64,000 nt of DNA from an uncultured Gammaproteobacteria bacterium (GTDB lineage Bacteria > Patescibacteriota > Microgenomatia > UBA10105 > UBA927), in contig CAYUKU010000006.1 in NCBI GenBank assembly GCA_964445435.1, positions 1,112 to 65,111 on the forward strand, read 5' to 3'. Each line of letters begins with the position of its first letter. Position 1 is the first letter of the stretch. Position numbers and translations under genes: made by a program. Positions 1 to 9,497 of the stretch are shown piece by piece. A model generated the notes under the pieces. It was not told the DNA's origin. It ran no database searches and saw only the letters and a list, made by a program, of their open reading frames with translations.

Positions 1-886
1 CCGAAAGAAACAGAAGAAATATATACACCGTATTCTGCGAAAGAATATTGAAATAATACATCACGGACCTAGTCGAGAAGGTGTTTGCCATCTCTGCGAA
101 CCGATATTCCCGCACCCACGCAGCTCCGTTTTGCTGGTTTCTTGCGATATACGCGACAAATTCACCCCAATTAGGCAGGAAATACAATAATAAGGGCAAA
201 ACAAATGCCAATCCGAAAAAGAGCGCGAGCGTACGAATACGCTCTGCGCGTTTCCGTGAACGAGCAACTTGCCAAAAGGCCGTACTCACAATGGCAAGAA
301 GCGGTCCAGCCAGAAAAACGACTGCAATCCAACGGGTAAGGACTGCCAGAGCACAAAAAATTCCCGCCAAAACGGCATCCCGTCGTTTTCGAAGCGCATC
401 TGAACGCACGAGAAACACTGTCGACCAGATGATAAAAGTCGTGACAGCGGTTTCGGTGTATGTAAAGTGGGAGTAAAACAAAGCATTACCAAGACCCGCA
501 AACACGACAGCTGCGACGATTGCAGTCTTCTCGTCAAACGCCTGCCGTGCAAGCGCGTATGTTCCTGCAGCTGATCCTGCAAAAAATAGTCCGTTCAATA
601 AGAGCGCAACGGTATAGGTATATGAAGTACCCAAAACAAGCATTAGAAGCGCAATCAAGAGACTATAGACAGGCTGAAGATACCCCGTTGCCTCTAACAT
701 GTTTGCATATGTCGCGAGTGATGGAGATCTGAGGAGATCATGGTATTTGAGAGCCAATGACAGGTAATTGTGCTCGTCCCACTGAGGATATTGGCGACTT
801 TTCAACACATAGAGCGTATGCCCTATAACCAAGAGAATTACCAGAAGAAAGAGTGCATACCTGATAACCCGTGCGTTTGGCCTCAT
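1..886 (-). CDS. ArnT/PMT_2-like GT-C membrane glycosyltransferase, partial. The start is at 886 and the C-terminus runs past the window start. The ORF track misses it because there is no in-window stop.
   Basis: I translated the minus strand from the ATG at 886-884 and get an open frame of about 295 codons: MRPNARVIRYALFLLVILLVIGHTLYVLKSRQYPQWDEHNYLSLALKYHDLL...YALARQAFDEKTAIVAAVVFAGLGNALFYSHFTYTETAV... It has multiple TM helices, an acidic QWDEH loop motif, and an 'ARQAFDEKTA..SP..YS..TYTET' segment typical of PMT_2/ArnT-like proteins. Confidence 0.55.
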   Translation of the reverse strand, partial: MRPNARVIRYALFLLVILLVIGHTLYVLKSRQYPQWDEHNYLSLALKYHDLLRSPSLATYANMLEATGYLQPVYSLLIALLMLVLGTSYTYTVALLLNGLFFAGSAAGTYALARQAFDEKTAIVAAVVFAGLGNALFYSHFTYTETAVTTFIIWSTVFLVRSDALRKRRDAVLAGIFCALAVLTRWIAVVFLAGPLLAIVSTAFWQVARSRKRAERIRTLALFFGLAFVLPLLLYFLPNWGEFVAYIARNQQNGAAWVREYRFAEMANTFSTRSVMYYFNILSQNTVYIFLLFLS

Positions 887-912
887 AAATACGTTCCTGT
901 ATAATTGGGCAA
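887..912. promoter_or_regulatory. A 26-bp divergent intergenic region with a TATAAT box 8 nt upstream of the + gene ATG, implying a near-leaderless transcript.
   Basis: Sequence aaatacgttcctgtataattgggcaa ATG. It is the only non-coding space between the divergent genes 1..886(-) and 913..1929(+). Confidence 0.2.
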
Positions 913-1929
913 ATGAAACGGACTCGCCGCGCGTTGCCAAAAGTCAGCTTCATTATACCAACCTTAAACGCCCAGCACATCCTTCCCCGATGCCTCCAGG
1001 CTATCCGAAATCAAAGCTACCCTTACGAAAAAGTCGAAGTTATCGTCGCCGACGGAGGATCGAAAGACAAAACGGTCCAGATCGCAAAAAAATACGGCGC
1101 GATTGTTATCAATAATCCGGAGGTCCTCCACGAGCCGGGGAAATCGCGGGCTTCCCAAATCGCCTCAGGGGATATCATTTTTTATACTGATGCCGATAAC
1201 ATCCTTTCCCATGACCGATGGATTCAGCTTATGGTTTCCGCGTTTCAGAATGGTGAAAAGGTCACCGGCTTTCTCCCGCAGACAATTCCTGCTCCCGACA
1301 GTAACCCGATCGATCGTTATTTAGGATACTTATTCACCGATCCGTTCACCTGGTTTGTGTACTATCCGTCTGCAAGTCCGACGGACTTCAGCCTTACCTA
1401 TACACCAATAAAAGAAACCAAAGACTATGTACTGTATCGGTTTGAGACACATAATCCACCGCTTTTTGGCCTCTCTCAAGGGGTCGGAACGCTAAAAACG
1501 TTCAGCCGAACGGCAATTGCCCACGCGGATGACATGATGGCCGGTATCAAGTTAATACGTGAGGGCGGCATAGTTGCGTATGTACCAAACGCAGGCGTGT
1601 ATCACTATCATGTATCCGGACTTATAAATTTCCTCCATAAATACGCCTGGCGGCTCAGAAACAATTTCACGCAACAGGTCCGGGGGATGGGTCTTATACA
1701 TAGAACGAAATATTTCCCACTGATCCGGAAAGTAAGGATAGTATTTTTTATTCCATACGCGTTGTCCATAGTCGGCCCGCTCGTCCACAGCATCAAGCTT
1801 ACACTCAAACACCGGGATCCTGTTATGCTTCTTCATGTTCCGATGACTATGATTATGGCTCTTATCATTATCTGGGAAGGGGTACGTCATATCGCGGGTA
1901 TACGTACAAAACTCGGTGACTATGCGTAA
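913..1929 (+). CDS. GT2-family glycosyltransferase (GT-A fold) with a C-terminal membrane segment.
   Basis: VSFIIPTLNAQ...VEVIVADGGSKDKT...IIFYTDADNI (DxD motif), and a hydrophobic C-terminus. It is a paralog of 10400..11473. Confidence 0.75.
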   Translation: MKRTRRALPKVSFIIPTLNAQHILPRCLQAIRNQSYPYEKVEVIVADGGSKDKTVQIAKKYGAIVINNPEVLHEPGKSRASQIASGDIIFYTDADNILSHDRWIQLMVSAFQNGEKVTGFLPQTIPAPDSNPIDRYLGYLFTDPFTWFVYYPSASPTDFSLTYTPIKETKDYVLYRFETHNPPLFGLSQGVGTLKTFSRTAIAHADDMMAGIKLIREGGIVAYVPNAGVYHYHVSGLINFLHKYAWRLRNNFTQQVRGMGLIHRTKYFPLIRKVRIVFFIPYALSIVGPLVHSIKLTLKHRDPVMLLHVPMTMIMALIIIWEGVRHIAGIRTKLGDYA

Positions 1930-3076
1930 GAAACAGTCCATTCTCTATGTGAATTTCTCACCGTATGAAAACGCCGGGAATATCCTGGATTATCTCCTCG
2001 AAACATTTGATACTGTCGTACTTTTCTCTTTCCGCTTCCATACCCTGAAAGAAAATACAACATCAGATACCATAACCCTTTATAAGAAGGGGGAAGTCAT
2101 GTGGCAACGCCGCATGCTCGCGCCACCGGTGATTTCTTCCATGACCTTTTACCTTCTGCCCATCCGATCCTTTGTTATTCTCATACAGCTTTTCATATAC
2201 GCAGTTTGGCTACGAAGAGCGCTAGGAATGTTCGATATCTTTTTCACGGTCAATGCATACACGGCGTGGCTTGGCAATATACTTCGCTTCTTTGGAATTG
2301 TTCGGAAAACTATTTTTTGGGTCTGGGATTACTATCCTCCTGTTCACAAAGATCCTATCGTTCGAGTCATGCGATTTTTGTATTGGCAGTTTGATAAACC
2401 CGCAAGTCTGCATGCTGATAAGACCGTATTTCTCAACAAACGCCTCGCGGTCCTTCGAAACCGAATGGGTATACGCACCGCTTCCCAAACCACCCACATC
2501 ATACCCATAGGCACGAATCCCGTACATCGTTTACCTAAAACCGGTCAGACGCTGCGGCTGGTGTTTTTCGGGGTGCTCAAAACGAGTCAGGGACTTGATA
2601 GTGTTTTTGCGGCCTCGTCTCTCATTTACCGAAAGTATCCAAATGCCGAGCTTCATATCATCGGTGATGGGCCGGACAGGGAACGTTTTCAGACACTCGC
2701 TCACGGTTGTCCCATCAAAACTATTTTTTACGGGTACGTTCAGGCTGATCGTGACATACGAAAGATAATTTCTTCCTGCGATATTGGTCTTGCGCCTTAT
2801 ATGCCCGACATCAGCAATGTCTCCTATTACACTGATCCATCCAAAATAAAGACGTATCTTTCGCTTGGTGTCCCTACAATAATGACCGACTTTCTTACCT
2901 TCTCACAAGAGATTACTTCCTATCGCGCTGGAGTCGTCCTTAAAAACGTCTCGCCGAAATCACTTGTTGCTGCTATCAGTCAAATAGTATCAAAGAGAGA
3001 ATCCTTCAGGAGAAATGCGCTCTCCCTCGCGCGACGGTTTTCATACAAAAAGCTCTACCCCAAGCTTTTTTCGTAG
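1916..3076 (+). CDS. GT4-family (GT-B fold) glycosyltransferase.
   Basis: 386 aa. The C-terminal half has LVFFGVL...GLD...HIIGDGP...IGLAPY, typical of Glycos_transf_1. It overlaps the upstream gene by 14 nt. Confidence 0.65.
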   Translation: MTMRKKQSILYVNFSPYENAGNILDYLLETFDTVVLFSFRFHTLKENTTSDTITLYKKGEVMWQRRMLAPPVISSMTFYLLPIRSFVILIQLFIYAVWLRRALGMFDIFFTVNAYTAWLGNILRFFGIVRKTIFWVWDYYPPVHKDPIVRVMRFLYWQFDKPASLHADKTVFLNKRLAVLRNRMGIRTASQTTHIIPIGTNPVHRLPKTGQTLRLVFFGVLKTSQGLDSVFAASSLIYRKYPNAELHIIGDGPDRERFQTLAHGCPIKTIFYGYVQADRDIRKIISSCDIGLAPYMPDISNVSYYTDPSKIKTYLSLGVPTIMTDFLTFSQEITSYRAGVVLKNVSPKSLVAAISQIVSKRESFRRNALSLARRFSYKKLYPKLFS

Positions 3077-3095
3077 GGTGATATAATACCCCACG

Positions 3096-4073
3096 ATGAA
3101 ACAGAATCGTAAACTCCTTGTCGCAGTAACGGGCGCTTCAGGTTTCCTGGGAAGCCGCATGGTTCCTTTTTTGAAAGAGAAAGGTCATACAGTTCGCGCA
3201 ATCCTGCGCAAACACAACCCTCAAACGAAAGAATACTATTCACAGTCAGATAAAATCGTCTACGCTGACCTTTCAGACATGCAGGCGACCCGCCGCGCGC
3301 TTCGGGGTGCCCACTTCGTGTTTCATTTCGCAGCTGATATGGGCGGAGTCGGATATTTTTCCAAGGAGCAGTACGTTCCGTTCGTCACAAACATGCGCAT
3401 GGATCTCAATATCCTTGCTGCGTGCGAGCAAAACGGCGTAAAGCGTCTCTTTTACCCCTCCAGTGCGTGTGCGTATCCCACCGACGCGGCCACCCGCCTC
3501 AGGAAAATCCCAAAACTGGAGGAAACCATGTTTTTGCCCGCAAATCCCGATCAAATGTACGGATGGGAAAAGCTTACCATGCTGCTTTTATCCTCGCATG
3601 CACCGGTAGAAACACGCGTGGGAGTTCTCCATACGATTTTTGGTCCAGGACAGGAATGGTCAGGAGCACGAGCGAAATTTCCACCCGCCATAACATACAA
3701 GGTCATCCAGGCCGCGCGAACGAAATCACCCATCCGCATTTGGGGAGACGGCAAACAGCTCCGAACGTTTCTCTATATCTCGGATGCGCTTGAGAAAATC
3801 TATGAAGTCATGATGGCTAAAGACTACTGGGGCCCCGTGAATATATCCGGCGACCAGCAGGTGACGGTGAAAGAATGTGCAGACTGGCTCGCCAAACTCG
3901 CCGGCATTAAGCCGGTATATATATATGAAAAAGATAAACCAACCGGCGTGATGCTACGGGGAGTAAATAACGATAAGTATAAGAAGCACTACGCATATCG
4001 AAACAAGGTATCGACGAAGAAAGGGTTTTCGCTTCTGTATGAGTACATGCGCGAAAGAATAAAGGAACCTTAG
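3096..4073 (+). CDS. NAD-dependent epimerase/dehydratase (SDR), resembling GDP-mannose 3,5-epimerase (GME).
   Basis: A Rossmann motif VTGASGFLGS. FHFAADMGGVGYF, NGVKRLFYPSSACAYP, PDQMYGWEKL (a YxxxK active site) and HTIFGPGQEW...IWGDGKQLRTF match my memory of GME signatures (LAADMGGMGFI; RFFYASSACIYPE; DAYGLEKL; HNIYGP..W; WGDGLQTRSF). Confidence 0.55.
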   Translation: MKQNRKLLVAVTGASGFLGSRMVPFLKEKGHTVRAILRKHNPQTKEYYSQSDKIVYADLSDMQATRRALRGAHFVFHFAADMGGVGYFSKEQYVPFVTNMRMDLNILAACEQNGVKRLFYPSSACAYPTDAATRLRKIPKLEETMFLPANPDQMYGWEKLTMLLLSSHAPVETRVGVLHTIFGPGQEWSGARAKFPPAITYKVIQAARTKSPIRIWGDGKQLRTFLYISDALEKIYEVMMAKDYWGPVNISGDQQVTVKECADWLAKLAGIKPVYIYEKDKPTGVMLRGVNNDKYKKHYAYRNKVSTKKGFSLLYEYMRERIKEP

Positions 4074-5536
4074 GTTCGTGCTTCCGCTTCCTTTAGCATT
4101 TCTTCGACTTCTCTTCGGAACGGAAAATTTACTGGCATTTTCTTAAGCAGAAATTCAATATCTTCCCAGGAATTCTCCCGTTTCGCATTATTATACAAAT
4201 CGCGTGCTTTTACGAAGTTTCTGTAGTATTCGATATGATATCGGGCTTTCGTCAGTTTATTCCAAAACCGTGAACCCGCAAACGGCGGGTTAACTTGAGT
4301 TCTGTCATACAGACGATTTGCCGTCTCGTAATCCCCCCTCGCGAGTGCCGTTTCGATTGAAGCGACGATCTGGTCTTCTTTTGCCGAGGGGATCCAAAAC
4401 CCGATGAGTAGCGCCAATAACGCTGCGATGGAAACAACACTCAATTCCCTGACAGTAAGTTCCTTGAACCGCTTACCCCATAGAAGCCATCCCAAACCCA
4501 ACCCCAAGAAAACTATCTGCCAGGACAAACCAAACATTTGCCGATCCATCCGGATTCCTATAAAAGGCACATAGTAGTCGCCTCCGCTCATAACAAGCAG
4601 CATAAACAGGGTTTGCAGTACCACGAAAAACGAAAAAAATATGTTTGGGGATTGCGAAAGAAGCGGCAGTGTGAGAACGAAGTACTGTTCGGAAATCGCA
4701 GGCGAAAATAAAACCAGAATACATCCGTACCAGGCCGCCGATTGTGCCAGAGAAATCCTGCGGGCGAATACCCCCCCCAATGTAAGCGCCAAAACGAACA
4801 GAAACATTGGCGATACGTAACGGCTTAAAAAATCAGGTACGAAAACATGCCAGAACGGCGCGTTATTAAATGAGGTATATAAAAAAACGTTTTGTATAAT
4901 CCCGGCAAAGCCATCCCGCAAAAACGGAAGGAAACTCAGAAAAAATATTCCCGTAGGGAGACCTACTGTTACAAGTTTCCATTTCCACGTTTTTTCGCGT
5001 ATCGCAAGCCAAACCGGAAAAAAGAAAAAAATATGTTTGATGATAAGGGAAACACCAAGGAGCGCCAAGCCAGATATTTTCCTTTTTCGCGCAAGAAGCC
5101 ATACTGCCGTCAAACCTGCCAAAAGCGCAAGATTATCAAACTGGCTATAATAACCGGTCACGAGTATAGAAATCGGATTCAAGTAGTAGAGATATGCAGT
5201 GGTCCGGGAAAACAGTGAGGATAGAAGAAAAAACAATCCGATATCCACAAGCGCAAGAACTCCTGCGGTAAAATACCGTAACGCGAAAAACGGATCCGGA
5301 AAAAGGAGTGCTAACTTATAAAGAATCGCAAGGACATAAAACCAAAACGGTCCGTAGTTATATCGGGCGGTTTCTGCGTACACGTTTTTGTGTTCAAGAA
5401 TCGCCCGAGCAGCAATCTGGTATGATTCCATGTCATAGGTGAAACCTGCCGTTGCGGCCAGAAACCGAACCAAGACGCCAACACCCAAAAAAACAAAAAG
5501 CAGGGAAACGCGATACTTGTTAACGAATGCCTTCAT
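4070..5536 (-). CDS. Polytopic membrane protein, DUF2029/GT87-like GT-C glycosyltransferase, with a C-terminal soluble helical domain.
   Basis: 488 aa. The N-terminal TM helix is followed by the loop YDMESYQIAARAILEHKNVY...YNYGPFWFY. The same pattern, (Y/H)D..(..)A.R..L..KN(P)Y, occurs in 26702, 37965 and 60835. It has roughly 10 TM segments. The stop codon overlaps the convergent 3096..4073 gene. Confidence 0.45.
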   Translation of the reverse strand: MKAFVNKYRVSLLFVFLGVGVLVRFLAATAGFTYDMESYQIAARAILEHKNVYAETARYNYGPFWFYVLAILYKLALLFPDPFFALRYFTAGVLALVDIGLFFLLSSLFSRTTAYLYYLNPISILVTGYYSQFDNLALLAGLTAVWLLARKRKISGLALLGVSLIIKHIFFFFPVWLAIREKTWKWKLVTVGLPTGIFFLSFLPFLRDGFAGIIQNVFLYTSFNNAPFWHVFVPDFLSRYVSPMFLFVLALTLGGVFARRISLAQSAAWYGCILVLFSPAISEQYFVLTLPLLSQSPNIFFSFFVVLQTLFMLLVMSGGDYYVPFIGIRMDRQMFGLSWQIVFLGLGLGWLLWGKRFKELTVRELSVVSIAALLALLIGFWIPSAKEDQIVASIETALARGDYETANRLYDRTQVNPPFAGSRFWNKLTKARYHIEYYRNFVKARDLYNNAKRENSWEDIEFLLKKMPVNFPFRREVEEMLKEAEART

Positions 5537-7166
5537 GAACGAGTTTCTTTTCTCCCGATACGTACCGGAGTCGTATTACACGATCGCTCGGGATATCCGG
5601 GCGCTGTGCGAGAAACGCAGCGAGCGTTTTTTCGTCCCAAAAATATCCAAATCCTCCACCTCCCGCCTCTTTATAGCCTTGGGCGTTGATGTTCCACAGG
5701 AACATGGAAGCCAAAAGCTCTTTTGGTATCTTTCCGGTTTTATAAAACCACACCATGACGGTATAGCCCATCCCCTGCTGAAACGGAACTGAAAGATCAC
5801 CGATTCCGTAGTACCCCGGACTGTCTCCCGAAATGAGAAATATCGGATTATCAGGAAGCTTCGAAACTACGGCATCCATTTGACGAAGAAAGTTTTTCCG
5901 TTCATCTGCCAAAATCTTATCAAATTGTATCCCACGCCGAATATAGACAGCATTCTTATAAAGATACGCCGCGAACGACATCCAGATCAGTACGGCAAAA
6001 AGTACACCAAGCCATCTTCTTTGTATTTTTTGCAGGAGGACCATACATCCTGACAATAATCCGGCAACCAGAAATGCCGCACCGACTGCAGATAAGTAAT
6101 AATAACGGGACTCGAGAAACGCGCTTGCCGGACGGTCCAAAACGATAAACGGCAAAAAGCTTAGTAACACAAATACTATGCCGACGTGAAATTGCCGGCG
6201 AAGCGCTTTTTGCTTCAAGGAGACTGTCATGACAAAAACGAGTAACACAATCGAGGCGTACAGAGAAACGAGATCACCGACCAGAATAAGGCTGACTGCC
6301 TGTTTGAGGGGGTGAGCATCCAGAAATTCGTATGCCGTATGAGAAACGGATTGAGAGACGGGAAACAGAATTTCTTTCGGGATAAATACCTGGGAAATCC
6401 CAAGAACCGGATAGAAAAACGCGTGTACCAGCATCCGAGAACCCGTATCAGATCCTCGGGTCACATAGACGCCACCCTGCCCTTCTGCACCGTTGAGTCC
6501 CCACAATCGAACTGCGATCGCAAACACCAGAAACGCGACGACCGGCCAAAATTTCCTTGCAAGCTCGCGCAGTGACGCGCTGGTCTTTGTGAAATACAGA
6601 AACGGAAGAAATACAAACAGAAACAGGCTTGATTCTTTAAACAGGAAGGATATGTACACAAACACAAGCGACAATGTCAGATACAGCTCTTTTTTCTTTT
6701 CGGTATAAGAAATGATCGCGTGGAGCGACAGGAGCGCAAACAAGGCATTCGGAAGTGTTGTCGTGTTTGCTGAAATCCAGGAGACTGCCTGGCTTGGCGT
6801 TGAAGCAGCAGCAAAAAAAAGTGCACCTGCAAATGAGGCAAATGGCCGCCTCGTAAATCGATCCAGAAGTCGAAAAACCAGAAATGAATTTACCAGGTGC
6901 ACAAAAATCGCAAAAAGCGAAAAGGCATATACACGCAAGGGAAACAGAAAATGAAAAGCGTTGTTCAGCAGGCTTCCCGCAATGCGCTCTTTTCCGGTAA
7001 AAAGTTCCGGAAGCGAATACGAGCCAATGTTTCCCAAAAGACCGTTCACCTGAACGAATCCCAAACTCGCCCACTCGTCCTGCTGGAAGAACGTATCCCA
7101 CAGTCCCCAGTAGGCATAGAGAATAGCCGCAAGAAGAAAGACGATGATAAAAAAATTACGCTTCAT
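5520..7166 (-). CDS. GT-C-type membrane glycosyltransferase of the 'FFQQDEW' family (PMT/ArnT-like acidic loop).
   Basis: 548 aa with about 11 TM helices. WGLWDTFFQQDEWASLGFV lies in the first loop; compare the FDE.HFG motif of the PMT family. It has a C-terminal soluble domain and is a paralog of 11383..12966. Confidence 0.5.
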   Translation of the reverse strand: MKRNFFIIVFLLAAILYAYWGLWDTFFQQDEWASLGFVQVNGLLGNIGSYSLPELFTGKERIAGSLLNNAFHFLFPLRVYAFSLFAIFVHLVNSFLVFRLLDRFTRRPFASFAGALFFAAASTPSQAVSWISANTTTLPNALFALLSLHAIISYTEKKKELYLTLSLVFVYISFLFKESSLFLFVFLPFLYFTKTSASLRELARKFWPVVAFLVFAIAVRLWGLNGAEGQGGVYVTRGSDTGSRMLVHAFFYPVLGISQVFIPKEILFPVSQSVSHTAYEFLDAHPLKQAVSLILVGDLVSLYASIVLLVFVMTVSLKQKALRRQFHVGIVFVLLSFLPFIVLDRPASAFLESRYYYLSAVGAAFLVAGLLSGCMVLLQKIQRRWLGVLFAVLIWMSFAAYLYKNAVYIRRGIQFDKILADERKNFLRQMDAVVSKLPDNPIFLISGDSPGYYGIGDLSVPFQQGMGYTVMVWFYKTGKIPKELLASMFLWNINAQGYKEAGGGGFGYFWDEKTLAAFLAQRPDIPSDRVIRLRYVSGEKKLVHEGIR

Positions 7167-8181
7167 CTGACGGTTTCCCTTGTGATAGGGCTATGTAATA
7201 CGACAGGCTTGGCTTTCTCACAATACGCGGGAGAAACGCACTGTCATCAATGACGCGGATGTGTGTCTGAACGTACTGCCTCTTCTTGAGCGTATTGCCT
7301 ATGTGCAGCACATTCCACAACAAACTATTCTGGATCGCCAGTGATAATGCGAACTTTCCCCTGATAAACGACGTGAACGCAAAAAATTCACACATCGCAA
7401 GGTGGATTGGGAGAAGTTTCGCAAGCTCCCACGTGCTTAAGTTCTTCATGTATGTACAGATGCGATTCTTGAACGAATGATACTGTATAAACGCGTTATC
7501 CATACCCGTACTCGTGCCTCCCATCTTGTGATACACCACTGATTGCGGAGCATAGACCACGCGCTTTCCGGCCAGCCATATTCTGTGACACAAATCTGTC
7601 TCCTCGAAGTATGCGAAATAGGACGGATCAAACATGCTGCCGTCAACCTCTACCTTCTTAAGTACATCCCGCCGAAACATCACGGCCGCTCCTTTGGCGG
7701 TATACATATCGTCCGTTTCATCGTACTTTTTCGCATCCTTTTTGCCGAACCCCCAGTGAAGAAGAAACCCGGTGGGAGTGAGAAACGCTCCTGCCGCGTC
7801 CAGGCGTGTCTTATCGTCCATAAGAAGCAGTTTGCTCTGTACGCAGCCGATATCGGGTGCTGATTTCATCTTTTCCACGAGCTTACTGATGAAATCAGGT
7901 TCCACACGGGTATCGTTGTTAAGAAGAAGAATATACTCACCGCGGGCACTTCTATATCCGGCGTTGTTGCCCTCGGCAAATCCTTCGTTTTTCCTGTTTT
8001 GAACGATTTTTACCTTCGGATATTGTTTTCTCGTCCATGCAACCGATTCATCGGTGGAAGCGTTATCAACGAGGATAATTTCGGTTCCCGAATATGTTTG
8101 CTTGGCAAGCGACGGCAATGACATTTTCAACCACCGCAACCCGTTCCAGTTCACGATGATGATTGAAACCGTACCACTCAT
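7156..8181 (-). CDS. GT2-family glycosyltransferase (WcaA/rhamnosyltransferase-like).
   Basis: VSIIIVNWNG...EIILVDNASTDESV...LLLNNDTRV...DVGCVQSKLL. It shares the family of 44917..45828 and 52167..53081. It makes a 4-nt ATGA overlap with the upstream gene. Confidence 0.75.
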   Translation of the reverse strand: MSGTVSIIIVNWNGLRWLKMSLPSLAKQTYSGTEIILVDNASTDESVAWTRKQYPKVKIVQNRKNEGFAEGNNAGYRSARGEYILLLNNDTRVEPDFISKLVEKMKSAPDIGCVQSKLLLMDDKTRLDAAGAFLTPTGFLLHWGFGKKDAKKYDETDDMYTAKGAAVMFRRDVLKKVEVDGSMFDPSYFAYFEETDLCHRIWLAGKRVVYAPQSVVYHKMGGTSTGMDNAFIQYHSFKNRICTYMKNLSTWELAKLLPIHLAMCEFFAFTSFIRGKFALSLAIQNSLLWNVLHIGNTLKKRQYVQTHIRVIDDSAFLPRIVRKPSLSYYIALSQGKPSDEA

Positions 8182-9491
8182 TTGGTTTTCAGAAAGTCCG
8201 TGATGTTCTCGGCTATATAATCAATCTCACGATCACCCAATCCGGGATAGACGCCCACGAAAAACGTGTTGTGAAGAATCCTGTCCGCATTCGGAAGCTC
8301 TTCCGCTACCCGATATTTCACGTTACGATACGCCGCCTGCCTGGTGATATTTCCTGCAAACAACGGACGGGTCTGGATCATCCGTTCCTCAAGATACATC
8401 GTAATCTCATGTCTGGTAAACGGCGCATCGTCGCGGATAGTCAGAGGCATCGCAAACCAGCACGGGTTGGCCTTCGGAAGTGCTTTGGGAAGGATAAAAT
8501 ACTTTTCCCATGCCGCGGCGTATTTACTCATACGGGAGAAATTATGCGCCCGGGCCTTCATGAATGACGGCATTCTTTTGAGTTGTTCGACACCCATGGC
8601 CGCCTGAGGCTCAATGGGCTTGAGGTTGTACCCGATTTGATTAAACATATACTTATGATCATAGGGTTTGCCGTCTACCCGATAGTTAAACCGTGCGTTG
8701 CATGCTCCGTGGGTAGTCTTGTCATCTCCCCGGCACCAGCACGATCGGCCCCAATCCCGCAATGATCTGGTAATTCTCTCGAACCGAAGATCATTGTAGT
8801 ACACAGCTCCCCCTTCTCCCATCGTCATATGGTGCGGAGGATAAAACGACTGCGTGGCAAGAATGCCGAATCCGCCGGTCCGTTTCCCGTCGTATTCACT
8901 GCCCAAAGCATCACAATTATCCTCTATGAGAAAAAGATCGTGCTCCTTTGCAAATTCAACGATCACATCCATCTCGTTGGGATTTCCAAGGGTATGGGCG
9001 ACCATGATCGCGCGGGTTTTTCGGGATAAGGCCTTCTCAAGTTTTTTCGCGTCGATATTATAGGTTTCGGGGTTCACATCAAGAAATACGGGCACCATTT
9101 CATGATTGATAATGGGGTTGACTGTCGTAGGAAATCCGCACGCAGCGGTAATAATTTCGTCGCCGGGCTCCAAATGCCGCGGAAAAAAGTATGACCGAAG
9201 TGACGCAACTGCCAGAAAATTCGAACTTGAACCTGAATTCGTAAGAATGCTGCCCTTTGCTCCCACAAACGCGGCCAAACCCTTTTCGAGTTCTTCTGCC
9301 TTCTTCCCTAACCCAAACCACCCGTCAATGAGAACTGATACGCTTGCGTTTATCTCATGATCGTCGAAGACGCCGCCGGCGTATTGCACCCATGTCTTGC
9401 CCGGGATGAATTTTTTGTTTCGCTTGCGGCCATCGAAAATTTTGGTAATTCTTGCCGCAATTTCCTTTCGAAGCTTGGTTTCCCCGTCCAT
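8178..9491 (-). CDS. rfbH: CDP-4-keto-6-deoxyglucose 3-dehydrase-like enzyme (E1, RfbH/DdhC family; DegT-fold PMP enzyme).
   Basis: 437 aa. This is the DegT/AHBA-synthase fold, but the normally conserved PLP lysine is His (SFYPPHHMTMGEGG). There is a Cys cluster, RSCWCRGDDKTTHGAC (C-x-C-x10-C), that looks like the E1 [2Fe-2S] site. The length matches RfbH. Confidence 0.65.
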   Translation of the reverse strand: MDGETKLRKEIAARITKIFDGRKRNKKFIPGKTWVQYAGGVFDDHEINASVSVLIDGWFGLGKKAEELEKGLAAFVGAKGSILTNSGSSSNFLAVASLRSYFFPRHLEPGDEIITAACGFPTTVNPIINHEMVPVFLDVNPETYNIDAKKLEKALSRKTRAIMVAHTLGNPNEMDVIVEFAKEHDLFLIEDNCDALGSEYDGKRTGGFGILATQSFYPPHHMTMGEGGAVYYNDLRFERITRSLRDWGRSCWCRGDDKTTHGACNARFNYRVDGKPYDHKYMFNQIGYNLKPIEPQAAMGVEQLKRMPSFMKARAHNFSRMSKYAAAWEKYFILPKALPKANPCWFAMPLTIRDDAPFTRHEITMYLEERMIQTRPLFAGNITRQAAYRNVKYRVAEELPNADRILHNTFFVGVYPGLGDREIDYIAENITDFLKTK

Positions 9492-9497
9492 AATCGG

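Noticed and set aside
81-476. The + strand ORF of 131 aa and the other small ORFs inside 1-886.
   Set aside because: They are shadow ORFs antisense to the uninterrupted minus-strand membrane-protein frame that runs off the window start.
6813-6820. A/T homopolymer runs of 8 inside coding regions, considered as possible slipped-strand phase-variation switches. Other examples lie near 10893, 17291, 31883, 39849 and 40223.
   Set aside because: About six runs of length 8 in 64 kb at roughly 50% GC is close to the chance expectation. None exceeds 8 nt.
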